Shown here piece after piece: positions 1-12,700 of a stretch of 64,000 nt of DNA. How positions within the stretch are numbered: the first letter of the stretch is position 1; each line of letters starts with the position of its first letter. The stretch is taken from assembly GCA_004431415.1 (NCBI GenBank), contig QPMI01000203.1:62001-126000 (forward strand), in the 5' to 3' direction. A model generated the notes under the pieces. It ran no database searches and was not told where the DNA came from. It saw only the letters and a program-made list of their open reading frames with translations. Position numbers and translations under genes: made by a program. The DNA comes from Cyanophora paradoxa CCMP329. Lineage: Eukaryota; Plantae; Glaucophyta.

Positions 1-3000
1 TTGACGGAAAGGAAGATAGTCCAGACGAGGGCGAGCACCGCCAGCGCCAGCCGCGCAATGATGCTGCACCGCCCTGTGAGCCCCCAGCCCGGCGAGGCGC
101 AGCCGCCGGCGAGGGCGCGGGCACCTCTTAGCGTTGGGCTGCATCATCTGAATGTAGCTGCTGATGAGCAGGTGCCGGGCCGTCGTCGCCGTCTGCGCCC
201 CCGACACCACGCGCCGGACCTCGTTCACTGGCGACCTCGGATGAGAGGAGCCGGCGCCGGGGCGTGCGGTGCGCGGGCGGGGTAGAGCGGGCGGACCGAG
301 AAGGGCGGCGGCGAGGGCGACGCCGGGGAGGAAGTACTGGGCGAAGAGGATGGTGCGGGAGGGGAAGCCGACGGCGTCGTGGAGCTCGCGCTTGAGGGCG
401 CGCTTGGCGAAGAGCCAGACGAGGGCGTGCAGCAGCGCCGCCCCCGCCCCGACGATGAGCACCAGCAGCACCGACGCCAGGTAGTTCCCCTCGTCCACCA
501 CCGCACCCGCGCACACGTCCGCTGCGCCCCTGTCACGGCCCCGCAGATCGGCGCGCGGTGGCGGGCGAACCGATCGTGCGCTTCCCGTTGGTGACGCCGA
601 GCGAGTCGTAGACGCGCTGGGAGAGCGGGAGCTGGCCAAGGGTCCAGCCTGCGCGCCGCGCGGGGTCAGCTGTCGGGTTGGGGCAGGGGCGGGGCGTCGG
701 GGCGGGCGGACTGAGGCCGGAGGCGAGCTCAAGGAGGGCCGGGGGCAGGGCGAGGCCGCGAACGAAGACGAGAGAGGCGACGAGCTGCGCGTGCTGGAGG
801 GCGCTGAACGCGAAGCCGTAGGGCCCCATGAGGGCCGCGATGAGCCAGCCGACCCCGCAGCCGAGCGCCACGAAGAGGGTCACCCACTTATCGGTGCGCC
901 CCAGCGGGTTCCCCGACGAAACCGTCACGGGGACGGTCACCGAGGAGGAGAGGCCGGCCGCGTTCGTCGCCGTCGCCCGCAGCGAGTAGGTGCCGGGGTT
1001 TAGGCAGGACAGGGTCACGGTCTGCTCCGTGGCGCCCGCCATGCGCACGAGGGGCATGCCGTTCTCGAGCTGCTCCCAGGCGATCGCCGGCGGCGCCGAG
1101 TAGCCATTCGGGTCCTGCACGCTCGCCCGCACAACCACGCCTGACGCCGGCAGCTCCGCCGACACCGCGTCCGCGGCGATCACGGGGCCTGCCCGGGGCC
1201 CGCTCGTCCGGCGCGGGGCGCGGGGCGAGGGGCGGGGCGGGCGGCGCACTCCAGCTGGCAGTGACCTGGACGTCGGAGGAAACGGCGGCGCCAGCCTTGG
1301 CGGCGCTGACGGAGAAGAGGTAGACGCCGGGGGCGGGCAGGGCAGCCTCCACCGCGACGCCCTCGCCCCCGTTGCTCAGCGCAGCTGTCCCGGGGCCGCT
1401 CTTCTGCGTCCACGTGTCTGCCGCCCGCCCGCGTAAGCGGCGGGGCGCGCGAGCGCGGGGGCAAGCGGACAGGTGACGCTGCCGTCCTCGTCGGCGCCGG
1501 CGTTGGAGCGGGCCTGGAGGCGGACGCTCTTCGCGGCGGGCCAGGCGACGAGCATCGTCGAGCCGGCATCGACGGACTGGAGCGCCGTCGCCACCGCCGA
1601 GCGCTTCGCCATCGCTGGCGCCGCGTTCACCGTCACCAGAACCTCCGCCTCGCCCGTCGCCATCTGCCGCACAGGGTGTCGGGCGCGGATCGGGACCAGG
1701 GCGCGGCGCGGCGCCCGCACGTCGTTGTCGGTGACTTGGAGGGCGAAGCGGTAGCGGCCCTCGGCGAGGTTGGAGGCACGGGCGACGGGCGTGTCGGCCC
1801 CCGAGAGGCTCGCCTGCGTCGGGCCGGAGACCTGGCGCCACGCGTACGAGGCGACTCGGCCGTCGAGGTCGACGCCCTTGCCCTGCAGCTCCACAGCCGA
1901 GCCCTCCGGAAGGTCCACCTCCTGGTCCGCCCCAACCAGCGCCGCCGGGCCCACGTTGATGTGCAGCGACACTTGGTCTGCGCGCCACGAGCGACTCAGG
2001 CCGGCCGACGCCCGACGCGGGGGGAAGGCCGGCCGCCCTCACCGGAGACGGGCGGGAGGGGCTGGCCCGAGGCGAAGTCCTGCACCGTCAGCTCGAACTC
2101 GTACGTGCTGCGACCCGCGAGGTCACGGGGCTGCCCAGGGCGCAGGGCCTGGCGGCGCCGCGGACCCGGGGACGCCGTCAATGACGGTGAGGGCGAGGGT
2201 GCCGTTCCCGTCGAGGTTCACCGCCGGGCCGGAGAGCTTCCGCCTGGAGCGGCGCTCGACCCGCCGCCGGGCGGGGCGGGGCAGGGCGGGGCGGGGCGGG
2301 CGGGCGGCGCGCACCAGTAGTAGCGGGCCTCGGTAGAGACGGACTTGGCGGTGCCCTCGAGGACGTTGCGCGAGGGCGGCATTTCCACCACCTTCTTCCC
2401 GCCCTGCTCCGAGATCTTCACGCTGCGCCGGGAGTCAGCGCCGCGGCCGCCGCGGGCCGGCGGCCGGCGCGCCTGGAGAAGGGGACGTTGACGGTGCGGT
2501 CGTCGCCGGCGTGCACGGCGCCCATGGGGACGGCGTTGATCTCCGCAACGAGTGTCGTCGTTGTCCGGCTCGTGTCCTGCACCGTAACCGCCAGCGTGTA
2601 GCTCCCCTGCTCCTTCAGAAGCGGCAAGCGCACGCGCGCCGTGTCCGCCCCCTCGAGCTGCAGCGCCGGGCCGCTCTGCTGCGTCCAGCTGTACGTCAGC
2701 TCGTCCCCATCCGGGTCACTCGCGAGCACTGTGCAACCCCCGGTCAGCGCGAGGAATGGCGGGGACGAGAGGACGGGGCAGGGCGCGCCAGCGATGGTGA
2801 GCTGGGCGACGCTGGGCTGTTGCGGGGCGACGACGACGATGGGCATCTTGCGGGTGAACTGAACGGTCGGGGGCCGGTTCATCTTGACGACCGAGACCTT
2901 GATGGTGGCGGTCGCCTTGGCGCCGGCGTCGTCCGCGACCTCGACGGCGAAGGCGTACTGGCCCTCCGCCAGGTTCGAGACGAGCAGCTTCGGCGTCGTC

Positions 3001-5931
3001 ACGTCCCCCAGTGTCGCCGGCGCCCCCGCCGCCTGCGACCACCGGTACGAGACCACGCGCCCGTCCACGTCCGTCGCTGCCGCCGTCAGCACCGCCGAGT
3101 TGTTCGGCAGCCTGCGCCCCGCCCCCCCTCAGCCGCCAGCGCGCCACCGCGCGCCGCGCGCCGCGCGCCGCGCGCACCGCAGGGTGACGTCAGCGGAGCC
3201 GACGACAGTGGGCCCGACGTTGACTGCGGGGGGAAGGGCGCGCGTCAAGGACGGGGTAAGGGACGGGCGGGGCGAGGCGGGGCGGGGCGGAGCCAGGGCG
3301 GACCGCTGACGGCGACCGAGTCGGAGGAGGAGATGCCGGAGCGGGCGTCGGTGGCAGTGAACTCCCACACGTACTGGCCCGGCACCAAATCGAACAGCTG
3401 CCCCGCCCCACGTCGCCCGACGCGACCCGGTGCCTCGAGCGGCGGGGCGCACCTTGAGGGTAAGGCTCTCCATGCCTTCCACACGCTCCACACGCTGGCC
3501 CGACGCCTGACGCCTGCGCCCCCGCCGGTCGGCACCCGGCCCCGCGACTCTTACGCGCCGCGACGGGCGGGGGCGGACCAGGAGAGGCGCGTGTTCACGG
3601 GGTCGTAGTTCTGGACGGAGCCGTTGAGGACGACCTTGGAGGGCGGCAGCGTCACGACAGGGCCCGTCTTCCCGTACGAGACCTGCGCGCCCGTCTCGCC
3701 CGCCAGCCCCGACCGTCGGGGCGCCGGCGCGCGCGCACGGTGCAGGCCGAGAAAGGGATGCTGAGGGAGATGTCGCTCCCCGCCGAGACGGCCGGCGCTG
3801 TGGGCAGGGCCGGCCGGGTGAGGCGGCGCGCCCCGGGAAGCGGGGGCGGGCGGGCGGCGGGGCGCACTGGAGGTGGCAACGACGGAGACGATATCGGTGG
3901 CGGAGAGGCCGCCGGCGTCGGTGGCGGTGACGCGGAACTTGTACTCGCCCGGCGCGGCGATCCCTGTGACCTGCAGGTTCGCCGCCTGCGCGTTCACCAT
4001 GAGGGGCGCCCCCGCGCCCTCCGGCGTCGACACCAGCTCCCACGAGTACGAGAGCACGTCTGCAGCCACGTCGGCGGGGGTCGTGCGCGCTGGCGGCGCG
4101 GGCGCTGGGGCACCTCCGTCGGGGTCGTTGCCGACGGCGGAGAGGGCGACGGGGGAGGTGGAGGGGAGCACGTAGAGGACCGAGCGGCGGGGCAGGTTGA
4201 TGCTCGGGGCGCGGTTCGGCTGCCCGACCTTGACGGTGACGGGCTGCTCCGCGACGGCGCCGAGGGCGTCCCGGGCCGAGACGGTGAAGACGAAAACGCC
4301 CGGCTGCAGGTTCTTGACCTTGGTGCTCGGCGTCCCCGCCTCCTCCAGCTCCACCCCGCCGGGGCCCGACGTCTGCTTCCACAGTACCTCCTTGATTTCG
4401 TCACCATCTGCCGGCCAGCGTCAGGGGCGGCCCGCGCGCTCCCCGGCGGCTCCGCGGCGCTTGGCTCACCAGGGTCGGCGATGGAGGCGGAGATGGCGAG
4501 CGGCTCCGCAGGGGGACCGGCGAGGGTGATAATCGGCTGCGGCACAATAGCGATGACCGGCGGCCTGTTCGCCGCCCGCACGCTGAGCTGCGTGCGCGCC
4601 GTCCCCGTCCCGCCAAGGTTGTCGGTCACTTGCACCACGAACTCGTACGAGCTGGGCGTCTCGGCATCATCAGCGCCCGGCAAGCCGCTGAGCGGCGAGC
4701 GACGCGCACCCGGGACCCAAGTTGGTGAGCTTGATCGTGTCAGTAAAGCGCCCAACAAAGGGAACGGTCGGGCCCGCGCTCTGAGACCTGCACGAGGGTC
4801 GATACCCAAACTCTACCTCTCGCTACCCCCATCTGGCCGCACCACGAGTAGTCGACGATGCTGCCATCGGGATCCGAAGCCTTGGCAGCAATCGAGAGCG
4901 AGTTCTCGGGCAGCTGGAGTGTGAACGACGGCTGAACAAACACGGTCGGCGGCTTGTTCGAGGAGCCTGCGGATCGATCAGCAGCAGGGGGCGCTCTTCT
5001 CGCCGATGGTGCTAACCGCTGGCCGCCAGCACGTCGACCTGGACGGAGTCCGACGCGGCAGGAACTCCCGGGGCGGTCACGTCCACTTTGAAACTGCGGA
5101 GCTTCAGTGAGGCAGCTCAACCTGCTCGGCGGTAGGGCGATGCACGTGTATGAGCCGGCCACCAGGCCCGAAGCAGTGAGCGCATCCGTAGTAGCGCCAG
5201 CGAGCGTCGCCGTGCTAGGTCCCGTGATTTGCGACCAGGAGAAGGTCGCGCCAGCGGGGCCTTTGGCACGCATGGTGACGGTCGACTGCGGCAGAGTGAT
5301 CTGCAGGTCGCGCCCTGCATCCACAGTCGGAGTGGAGCCTTCTGTGCCTTGCTGAACGTAAACGAGGGCCTGATCTGACTTCGAGGATCCTGTCGCAGCG
5401 CGCAGGTTGGCAACGCCACTCACAAATTCACGAGTACGTCGTACCATCCGCGGCCGTCGCGGTCAGCGTGAAGCCGTACAGGCCAGGCGCCGGGAACGAA
5501 TCAACGACAAGAATGCGCGAGTCTGTGCTTCGCAGCGTGGTGGGAGTGCCTTCGGTCTGCTTCCACCTGCGGAGAAGCAAGCGGGCGTCGGCTGGGCGCG
5601 GTCCCGTCGACACAGAAGACAACGCACTGAAGCACAACAGGCTCGGGGCCCGTGGCACGCCCGAAAATCTGGACGTTCTGCTGCGACAGCTGCACAATCA
5701 AATTCTTGCCTGCGGACACCTCCACGGCGCCTGCGAAACGAGTCCCGAGTGAATATTTGCTCGAGAGGCGCAACGCGCTGCCCACGCGGCTCCGCAGGTG
5801 AAAGGAGGCGCCGACTGTATAACGGAACGCAACGGCGGGCGAATCAGAAGCGCACCTTGAGCGCTATATATGGTCCCAAGAAGAACAACGAGAACCGCCA
5901 AAGCGGTTCGCGCCGCCCTGGCCGGCGCCAT
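1..5931 (-). CDS. Multi-exon membrane protein: signal peptide, ~10+ PKD/KIAA0319-like Ig repeats, C-terminal multi-TM region; 3' end runs off the window
   Basis: Signal peptide MAPARAARTALAVLVVLLGTIYSAQ. Repeated PKD motifs (NKPPTV..ASDPDGSIVDYSW; DVDGRVVSYRWSQAAG..NLAEGQYAFAVEVADDAG). Hydrophobic segments at ~60-890. Confidence 0.8.
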
Positions 5932-6084
5932 CGCTCACGCTGTACCCGGGCGTGGGGGAAGAGGCGATCGAATTTTGATCAAGCGAATTCAAAAACTCAA
6001 CTGACCGTACGTAGAGCAGGAAAATACATTAGTACTGACCATGGGCCCGAAATTATACTATCATAGTATGATAGTACTAGTGGA

Positions 6085-6779
6085 TCATAAAACTTACAAA
6101 TTGGCCCTCCCTACTATATATAGGCCTAGCTATAGGCCCTGAGGCCTAGGCCTTGCGCATGCGCTAGCTTAGGCAAAACACTGACTGAACTTCGGAAGTT
6201 CCGGAGGGATCCGGATTCCAGCAGGCCAAGTCTAATGATCCGGATCCCGGAGTCCCACGTGCAAAACTGCAATCACTGTGTGTATATATTAAAATATATA
6301 TGTGTACATGTACGTATACGTATACGTATAAGTCACGGCGTATATACATGTACATGTGTATTTGGCGCGCGCCGGCGCCGGCGCCCCGGCCCAGTGCACG
6401 TGGCGGCATGGTCATGCATATGATCTTATGCAGTGCGTAAGCTGCTTTTGCTTTGAATTTGAATTTGCTTTTGCTTTTGCTTCGGCCCGAAACTTGATGA
6501 ACTTTGGAAACTTGATCATGATATCGATGGATCCCCCGCTCTGGAATCATGATCAGGAACCGTTGAACTTAAGCTTGATGAACGAGGCTCCCGGAGTCCG
6601 AGGCTCAAAAGGAGCAGGAAAGGAGCAGGACTCGAGAGATGGATCATTAATAGTTATAAACATTTCTTCCCTCAGGGCCTAGGCCTTAAGCTTCAAGGCT
6701 TACTAGTTACGCGAAATACTAGTTACGTGAAGTTCGAAATTCCGGACCCAGCTGCAGGAGGGAGGGCCAAGTTTTATGA
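6085..6779. mobile_element. Possible degenerate MITE/foldback element
   Basis: tcataaaactt(acaaatt)ggccctccct at 6085-6112 is the inverted counterpart of agggagggccaagttttatga at 6759-6779. An inner inverted pair taggccctgagg (6133) / cctcagggccta (6670) is also present. The interior is non-coding and palindrome-rich. Confidence 0.35.
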
Positions 6780-7675
6780 CGTAAAGTCATTCCCCAAAAG
6801 TCATTCCGGATCCCCCCCCATGCAGTGCCTCACCCCCCAGCTTGTCAAAATATTACTGGTCACGTGCACCTCAAAATCACCGTCATGGCATATATAAATT
6901 TTTCTACCGGTGCCACAGTGCTGGGACGCACGCCCACGGCCGCCCACGGCTTGTATAGGGCAGTGATTTTGGGGGGTACTGCATGGCCCAGTGGGGTCGC
7001 TTCCAAGTACTACGGTAAGGCCTACTGCTCATTGTCGTATCACGTGCGCTGGGCCAGCTGCAGCTGCAGCCAACCGTACATCATACGTAGTGCTGTGATC
7101 TAGATGTACAGAGCAAATATCACGTGTCACGATCGAGATAATGACATGAACATTGCACGGCACGGCCTGTGTACGTAGCCGGAGATCGATAGAGTAGCCA
7201 GGGGGCGAAGGCTGCGCGAAAACTGGAGCAAGCGCTCAGCGACTACTAGTCAAACAGTACGCTGGAATCGTGTGTCAACCCGGCAACGGTATCTTAGTAT
7301 CCGGTAGAGAAAGTGCGGGCAGATGCGCATGCGGGGCAAACGTGCGCATGCGCACCTGACGATGAATATGAAAATACCGGGCTGCAGCTGCGCATGCGAG
7401 CTTGAGTAGCATGCGCGCGCGGTCTACATGCTGCACAACGCCGAAATATAATCAACATTCGCGCGCCCGGCCGAGCGACGATGTTCACGCACCCGCTTGC
7501 GCTTACGCTGGCGAGCACGAACGCTATGCACAGGCACCGCCTACCATTCACCCGGCCGAGCGACGATGTCCACGCGCGCCCATGCCGTTCGTCTGATCTT
7601 GATTAGAAGATGTTGCGCTAGCGCTTGCACTAGCGCTAGCTGAGCAGCGTGAAAACCACAGTACTAGTGGCTTTG

Positions 7676-7820
7676 GCACATCGATAACACTGGAATACTA
7701 GCCGCGGATAAACGCAAGGGCTAGAAGCGGCGGTGCTACCTACGGGGCGAGAAGTCGCGGAAAGACGCGACAGGGCCCTCTGAAGGGGGGCGGCCCTCTG
7801 AAGGGGGGCGATCTACTCCC
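7676..7820 (-). ncRNA. Stand-alone copy of the candidate Fanzor omegaRNA scaffold / element right end
   Basis: Aligns by eye to 26437-26563, starting at the same base (gcaca). Hairpins are conserved with a compensatory C-G to T-A change. The ggccctctgaaggggggc hairpin is duplicated. Confidence 0.6.
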
Positions 7821-7991
7821 CACGCACCGCGTTCAACAACTGCAGACTGCTCGCGCGCCGCGTCGGTGTTCATCTTTGGCTGGAAGGTTCCAGGGCTCAG
7901 GGGAGGAAGGACAGGGTACACGAAACACAATCAGAGATTCACCAAGCCAGGACTCGAACTTCGGCTACAGGCCATAGCTGCTCCACGAAAA

Positions 7992-9079
7992 ATGAACGCC
8001 TTCGTCGCCCCGGCCCCGCTCGTTGCTCCGTCCGCCAAGGTTGCGGTTCAGGCTCAGACCTGCACCCTCCGTCGCGGCGCGGCTGTTTCGGCCCCGGCGA
8101 AGCGCAACATCTCGTTCGCGTCGGAGCAGCAGTTCGTGGCCTCGGCCAACAAGATTGGCTTCTTCAAGGCTGGCGCGAAGCTCGCGGCCCCGACCGTCGT
8201 TGCCCCGGCGGTTGACACCACCGTGAAGGCCGGCTACGAGTGGTACCAGGTCCTGCCGTCGAGCGCCCTGGCCCCCGGCGAGAAGACGAACGTCTTCGTT
8301 CAGTTCAAGTCGGGCGAGGCCACCGGTCTCGATGTCCTGATCGTTCGCGACTTCAATGGCTCGGTGCGCGCGTCCATCGAACCGGTTAGATTTTCGGGCT
8401 GTGCCGAACACGGTCTGGCGGCAGGTCTACGCCGTCTCGAACGTCTGCCCTCACCTCGGCACCCCGCTCAACACTGGCAAGGTGACCGCCGATGGTGCCA
8501 TCGTCTGCTCCCAGCACCGCTCCGCGTGGGACCTGTCCACCGGTGAGGTCAAGGGCGAGTGGTGCCCCTTCCCCCCGGGTGCGCAGCATTATCTCCCCGC
8601 GAATTGCGCGCGCCGAACGCTGACGTGACTCCCATTTCCCATTGTACTGAACAGTTCTTGGCAAGGTGAGACTGGACCGTTTTGGTCTTTTCGATTCACG
8701 TAGTAACGAATGGCGCGCAGATCTTCGCCGCCGTCTCGCCCTCTGCCCCGCTCCTGACCTACGGCTGCCGCGAGACCGCCGCCGGCATTGAGGTGTACTG
8801 CGACCTCGAGGCGAAGGACAACTTCGAGTCGAAGACCTACGGCTCGTACTTCCGTGGTGCGCAGGCGGTTTTCTTTCGGTCGCCGCCCGTGCACTTCTCA
8901 CCTCGCCCCAGGCGAGGCATAAATGCACCACGGTGGACCTCTGGAAGGCTAGGCCGATGGCGCTCTCGCGGCTTAGTACCTCTCTCGTTATCGGGAGATT
9001 TTGACGTCGCGGAATGTTTACGGCGCGGGTTCTTCTGGAGGCGGTCAGCAGGGCGCTGGCCAAGCTGCTGCAGGCCTAG
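7992..9079 (+). CDS. Plastid-targeted Rieske [2Fe-2S] ferredoxin-type protein (multi-exon; 3' end approximate)
   Basis: Rieske motifs CPHLG and CSQHRSAWDLSTG, then WCPFPP. Ala/Ser-rich MNAFV transit peptide. Confidence 0.85.
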
Positions 9080-9749
9080 GCAGACATCCACCCTTCTCTC
9101 CTCCTCTCTCGCTTTCTGTTTTTTCAAACCCTTTTTGCCGACCGGCAAACACAAACCCTGTATCCAATGCATCTTCCCGCCGGTCCCGGGACCTTGTATC
9201 TCCTTCTCGGCCTTACGGTCGACCGCATAATGAGCTTTGCCAAATCTGTGAGTATCTTGCACTTCGTGCTTTGGGATTGCTGTGCCTGGAAACGGGAATC
9301 GTCGGGCTGGGCGGCCATGGCCGCCGACTCGCTCACGACCGTGCACGACGTCCTCCACAGCACACGGCGATTGTTAGGCTTCATGCCATGATCAGCGCTT
9401 GCCAAGTTGGGAGGCCCCTGATCTGACTCAGTGAGTCATTCGCTTTAACATGATCATTGGACTCCCGAGGCCCCCGGGATCGCGCGCGGCACCTGTCACA
9501 GTGTGCATCTAGCTATAGCTGCGGCTGCGCATACAGTGCCTAGGGCTTAATTATAATTGGGCTACCGGTACCATTGGGTCGAGCCCCGCGCGCGCGGCCC
9601 CCCAGGATTCCCGCCAACCCAGAGCGAGCCATCATATATGATATGGAGAGGATGATGAAAGAAGATGATGGGAGAGGGGGCGGGGGGATGCCACGGTTGA
9701 GGCAGCCGGGCAGAAGCCGGGGCCGGGCGCGGGGCGGGGGCGGGGGCGG

Positions 9750-12700
9750 CTACTTCTTCTTGGGGGGCTTGAGGCCGCCGAGGAGGCCCGAAAGCTGGGC
9801 CTCGTAGCTGGAGAGCTGGCGGGTGAGCTTGACGTTCTTGGCGTGCAGCTCCTCGCGCTCCGAGGCAAGCTCCGCCAGCGCCATCTTCGCCCCGATCAGC
9901 TCCTGCTCCAGCCCGGACACTGCCCGCTCCCGCGTCAGCCCCCGCGAGCTCGCGCCGGCGGGGCCGCGGGGCGCGGGGCCGGACCGCGGGCAGCGAGCTC
10001 CTTGCGCTCCCTGCGGCCCTCGACGAGCTCCTGCTCGTCCCGCACCGACTTGCTCCCCGCTAGCCGCGCTGCCGCCCCGCTCAGCCGGCGCGGCGCGCCG
10101 CCCGAGGGCGCCGCACCCTCGGAGGCGACGGCGCGGGCGGCGGCCTCGGCGGCGGCAAGCGAGCGCTCCGCCTCCTCCAGGTCGCCCCGCAGCCGCCCCG
10201 CCTCCTCCCGCGCCGCCCGCGCCTCCTCCTGCGCCGCCCGCGCTGCCGGCCCCTCGGCCCCGGCCCTGCCCGCCCCGGCGCGGCGAGAGCGCGCACCCTC
10301 GGCGCGGGCCTCGTCGAGGGCGCGGCTCGGCTCCGGCTCGGGCCCCGCGGGGCTCTTGCGGCCAGCGGGCGCTCCCCCCTTGCCCTGCAGCTTCCGCAGC
10401 TGCGCAAGCACCGCGTCCCGCTCCTGCCGTCCCATCAGCCCGCGGAGCCCCGCGCCCCGCCTGCGGGCCCCGTACCTGCTCCGCCCGCTCGACCTCCTCC
10501 CGCAGCTGCGACACGTCAGGCCGGCCGGGTCCCGCGCGGGGCGGCCCGCACCGCTTGCGCCTCCTCCGACGCCGAGGAAGGCCCTGCGGCGCGGGAGCGG
10601 CTCGCGCGCTCCTCGGCGGCCTTGGCGCGCGCCTCGGCCGCCTCCGCCCGCCGCTCCGACTCCTCCAGCCGCGCCCGCAGCCGCGCCGCCTCCGCCCCGG
10701 ACCCCTTGCCCCCCCCCGCCGCCCCCTCCTGGCCCCGCCCCGTCAGCGGTAGAAAGGTACGGGGCGCGTGGGGGGATCACCCGGGCGGCGGCGGCCTCCC
10801 TCTCTGCAGCTGCCGCTGCCGCAAGGGCCGCCGCGAGCTGCGCGAGGATCTCCCGTCAGCGGGCCGCGGGGCGGTCGCGGAGAGCGCGCGGGCCTTGGTC
10901 TCGAGCTCCTTGGCGCGGGCCTCGAGGCGCTCGCGCTCCTGCTTCTCCCCGGGGGCCTCGCCCTTGGCCGGGGCGGCGGCGGCGGCGCGTGCGAGCTGGG
11001 CGCGGGCGTCGTCGCGCTCCTCGACGGCGGCCTGGAGCTCGGCGCGGAGCTCGTCGGCCTGGGCGCGCCACTCGGCCTCCATCTCCGCCTGCTCCCGCTC
11101 CAGCACCGCCAGCTGCGCCCGCAGCGCCCCCGCCTCGTCCTTGCCCGCCTTTCTGCGCGCCCCCTCCGCCTCCTTTGCCCGCGCCTCCGCTGCCGCCAGC
11201 CGCGCCCGCAGCTCCCCGGCCTCCCGCTCCAGCTGCTCCGCCCGCGCCGCCGCCGCCCGCTCCTCCTCCCCGCCCGACTCGCCCCGCGCCTCCGCCAGCT
11301 CCCGCTCCAGCTCCGCCGCCCGCGCCTCCGCCTCCTCCGCCCGCTTCCGCAGCGCCTCCGCACGCTCCACCGCCGCCTTCTCCCGCTGCGCTCCTCCGCG
11401 CATCAGCGCCGGTGGCGAAGCGGGGCGCGAGCCGCGCCGCGCCTTCTCGGCGGCGGAGCGACCGTCGCCGGCCTTCTTGTCGGCCTCCGCCAGAGCCTTC
11501 TTCGCCTGCGCCGACGTGAGCCCGCGGCCGGGGGGTACTCCGCGGGACGCGCGCCTTCTCGGCGTCGGCGCGGGCGGAGAGGAGCTGCGCCTCGGCGCGC
11601 TCGGCGCGCTCGAGGAGCTCCTCCCGCTCGCGCTCCGCCTCGCCCGTCGCCGCCTCTGCCGCCGCGAGCGCCTCGCTCACTCTGGCGCGCGCCTCGGCGA
11701 CCTCCGCCTCGAGCTCCGCCGCCCGCCGCCCCGCGCCGCGGCTCGCCTCCAGCTCCTCCCGCGCCGCTGTCAGCTCCTCCTCGAGCTCCCCGGCCCGTTC
11801 CTGCAGCCGCCTCAGCGCCCCGGCCCCGCGCGCCGGCGGCGGGGGGACGGACGCGGAGGGCGGCGGCCTGGCGGGTGGCCTCGTCGGCACGACGCGCCTT
11901 CTCCCGCTCCTCGTCGAGCTCCCGCTCCAGCGCCACCAGCCGCCTCCGCGGCCCCGCCTCCTCCCGCCCCGCCCCCGCCCCGGTCCCCGCGCCGCCCTTG
12001 CGGGCCTCGGCCAGCTCCTTCTCCAGCGCCGCCACCCGCGCCTCCGCTGCCTCCGCCCGCTTCCTCAGCGCCTCCCCCTCTTTCCCGTCCGCCGATGCCG
12101 CCTCCGCCGGCCCGCCCTACCGGCGCGTGAGCAGCGGCGGCGGCGGGGGCCCCCGGGAGGAGCGGCGCGCTTTACGGAGGGAGGCGAGCATCGTCTTGAG
12201 GCTCTGCTCCCGCACCGAGATCCGCTCCTGCAGGGCCCCGCTCGGCGGGCGCGAGAGGGCTGGGGCGGGGCGGGCGGGCGGGCCTTCTCCTGGCGCTCGA
12301 GGGCGAGCGCCTCCCGCAGGCGCCCCACCTCCGCCGACTCCTCCCCCTGCCTCCCGTCAGGGCCCCGGCCGCGGGCGGGCGGGGCCCCGCGGGGCGCGCG
12401 CCTCGCTGGCGCTGGAGGCTGCGGAGGATCGGCGGGAGGAGGACTGGGCGGCGCGCTCGAAGGCCCCCAGCGGACTCCGCCGCTGCAGCGCCTGTAGCTC
12501 GCCCCGCGCCCGCTCCAGCTCCGCGCGCAGCGACGCGTTCTCCTCCCCAAGTCGCCCGCTCTGCGCGGCACGTCAGGCGGCATCTTTGCGCGGGGTGCAA
12601 AGCAAGCCTCTTCCTCGAGGGCCTCCACGCGCGCCGCGAGGAGCGCCGCCTCCCCCTCCTCGCTCTCCGCCTCGCTCCCGGCCTCGCTCCTGGCCTCCGA

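Noticed and set aside
6073-6083. Target of the orphan omegaRNA guide (agtactagtgg shared with 7660-7670)
   Set aside because: Only 11 bp, partly palindromic, and not covering the scaffold-proximal seed, so chance is likely.
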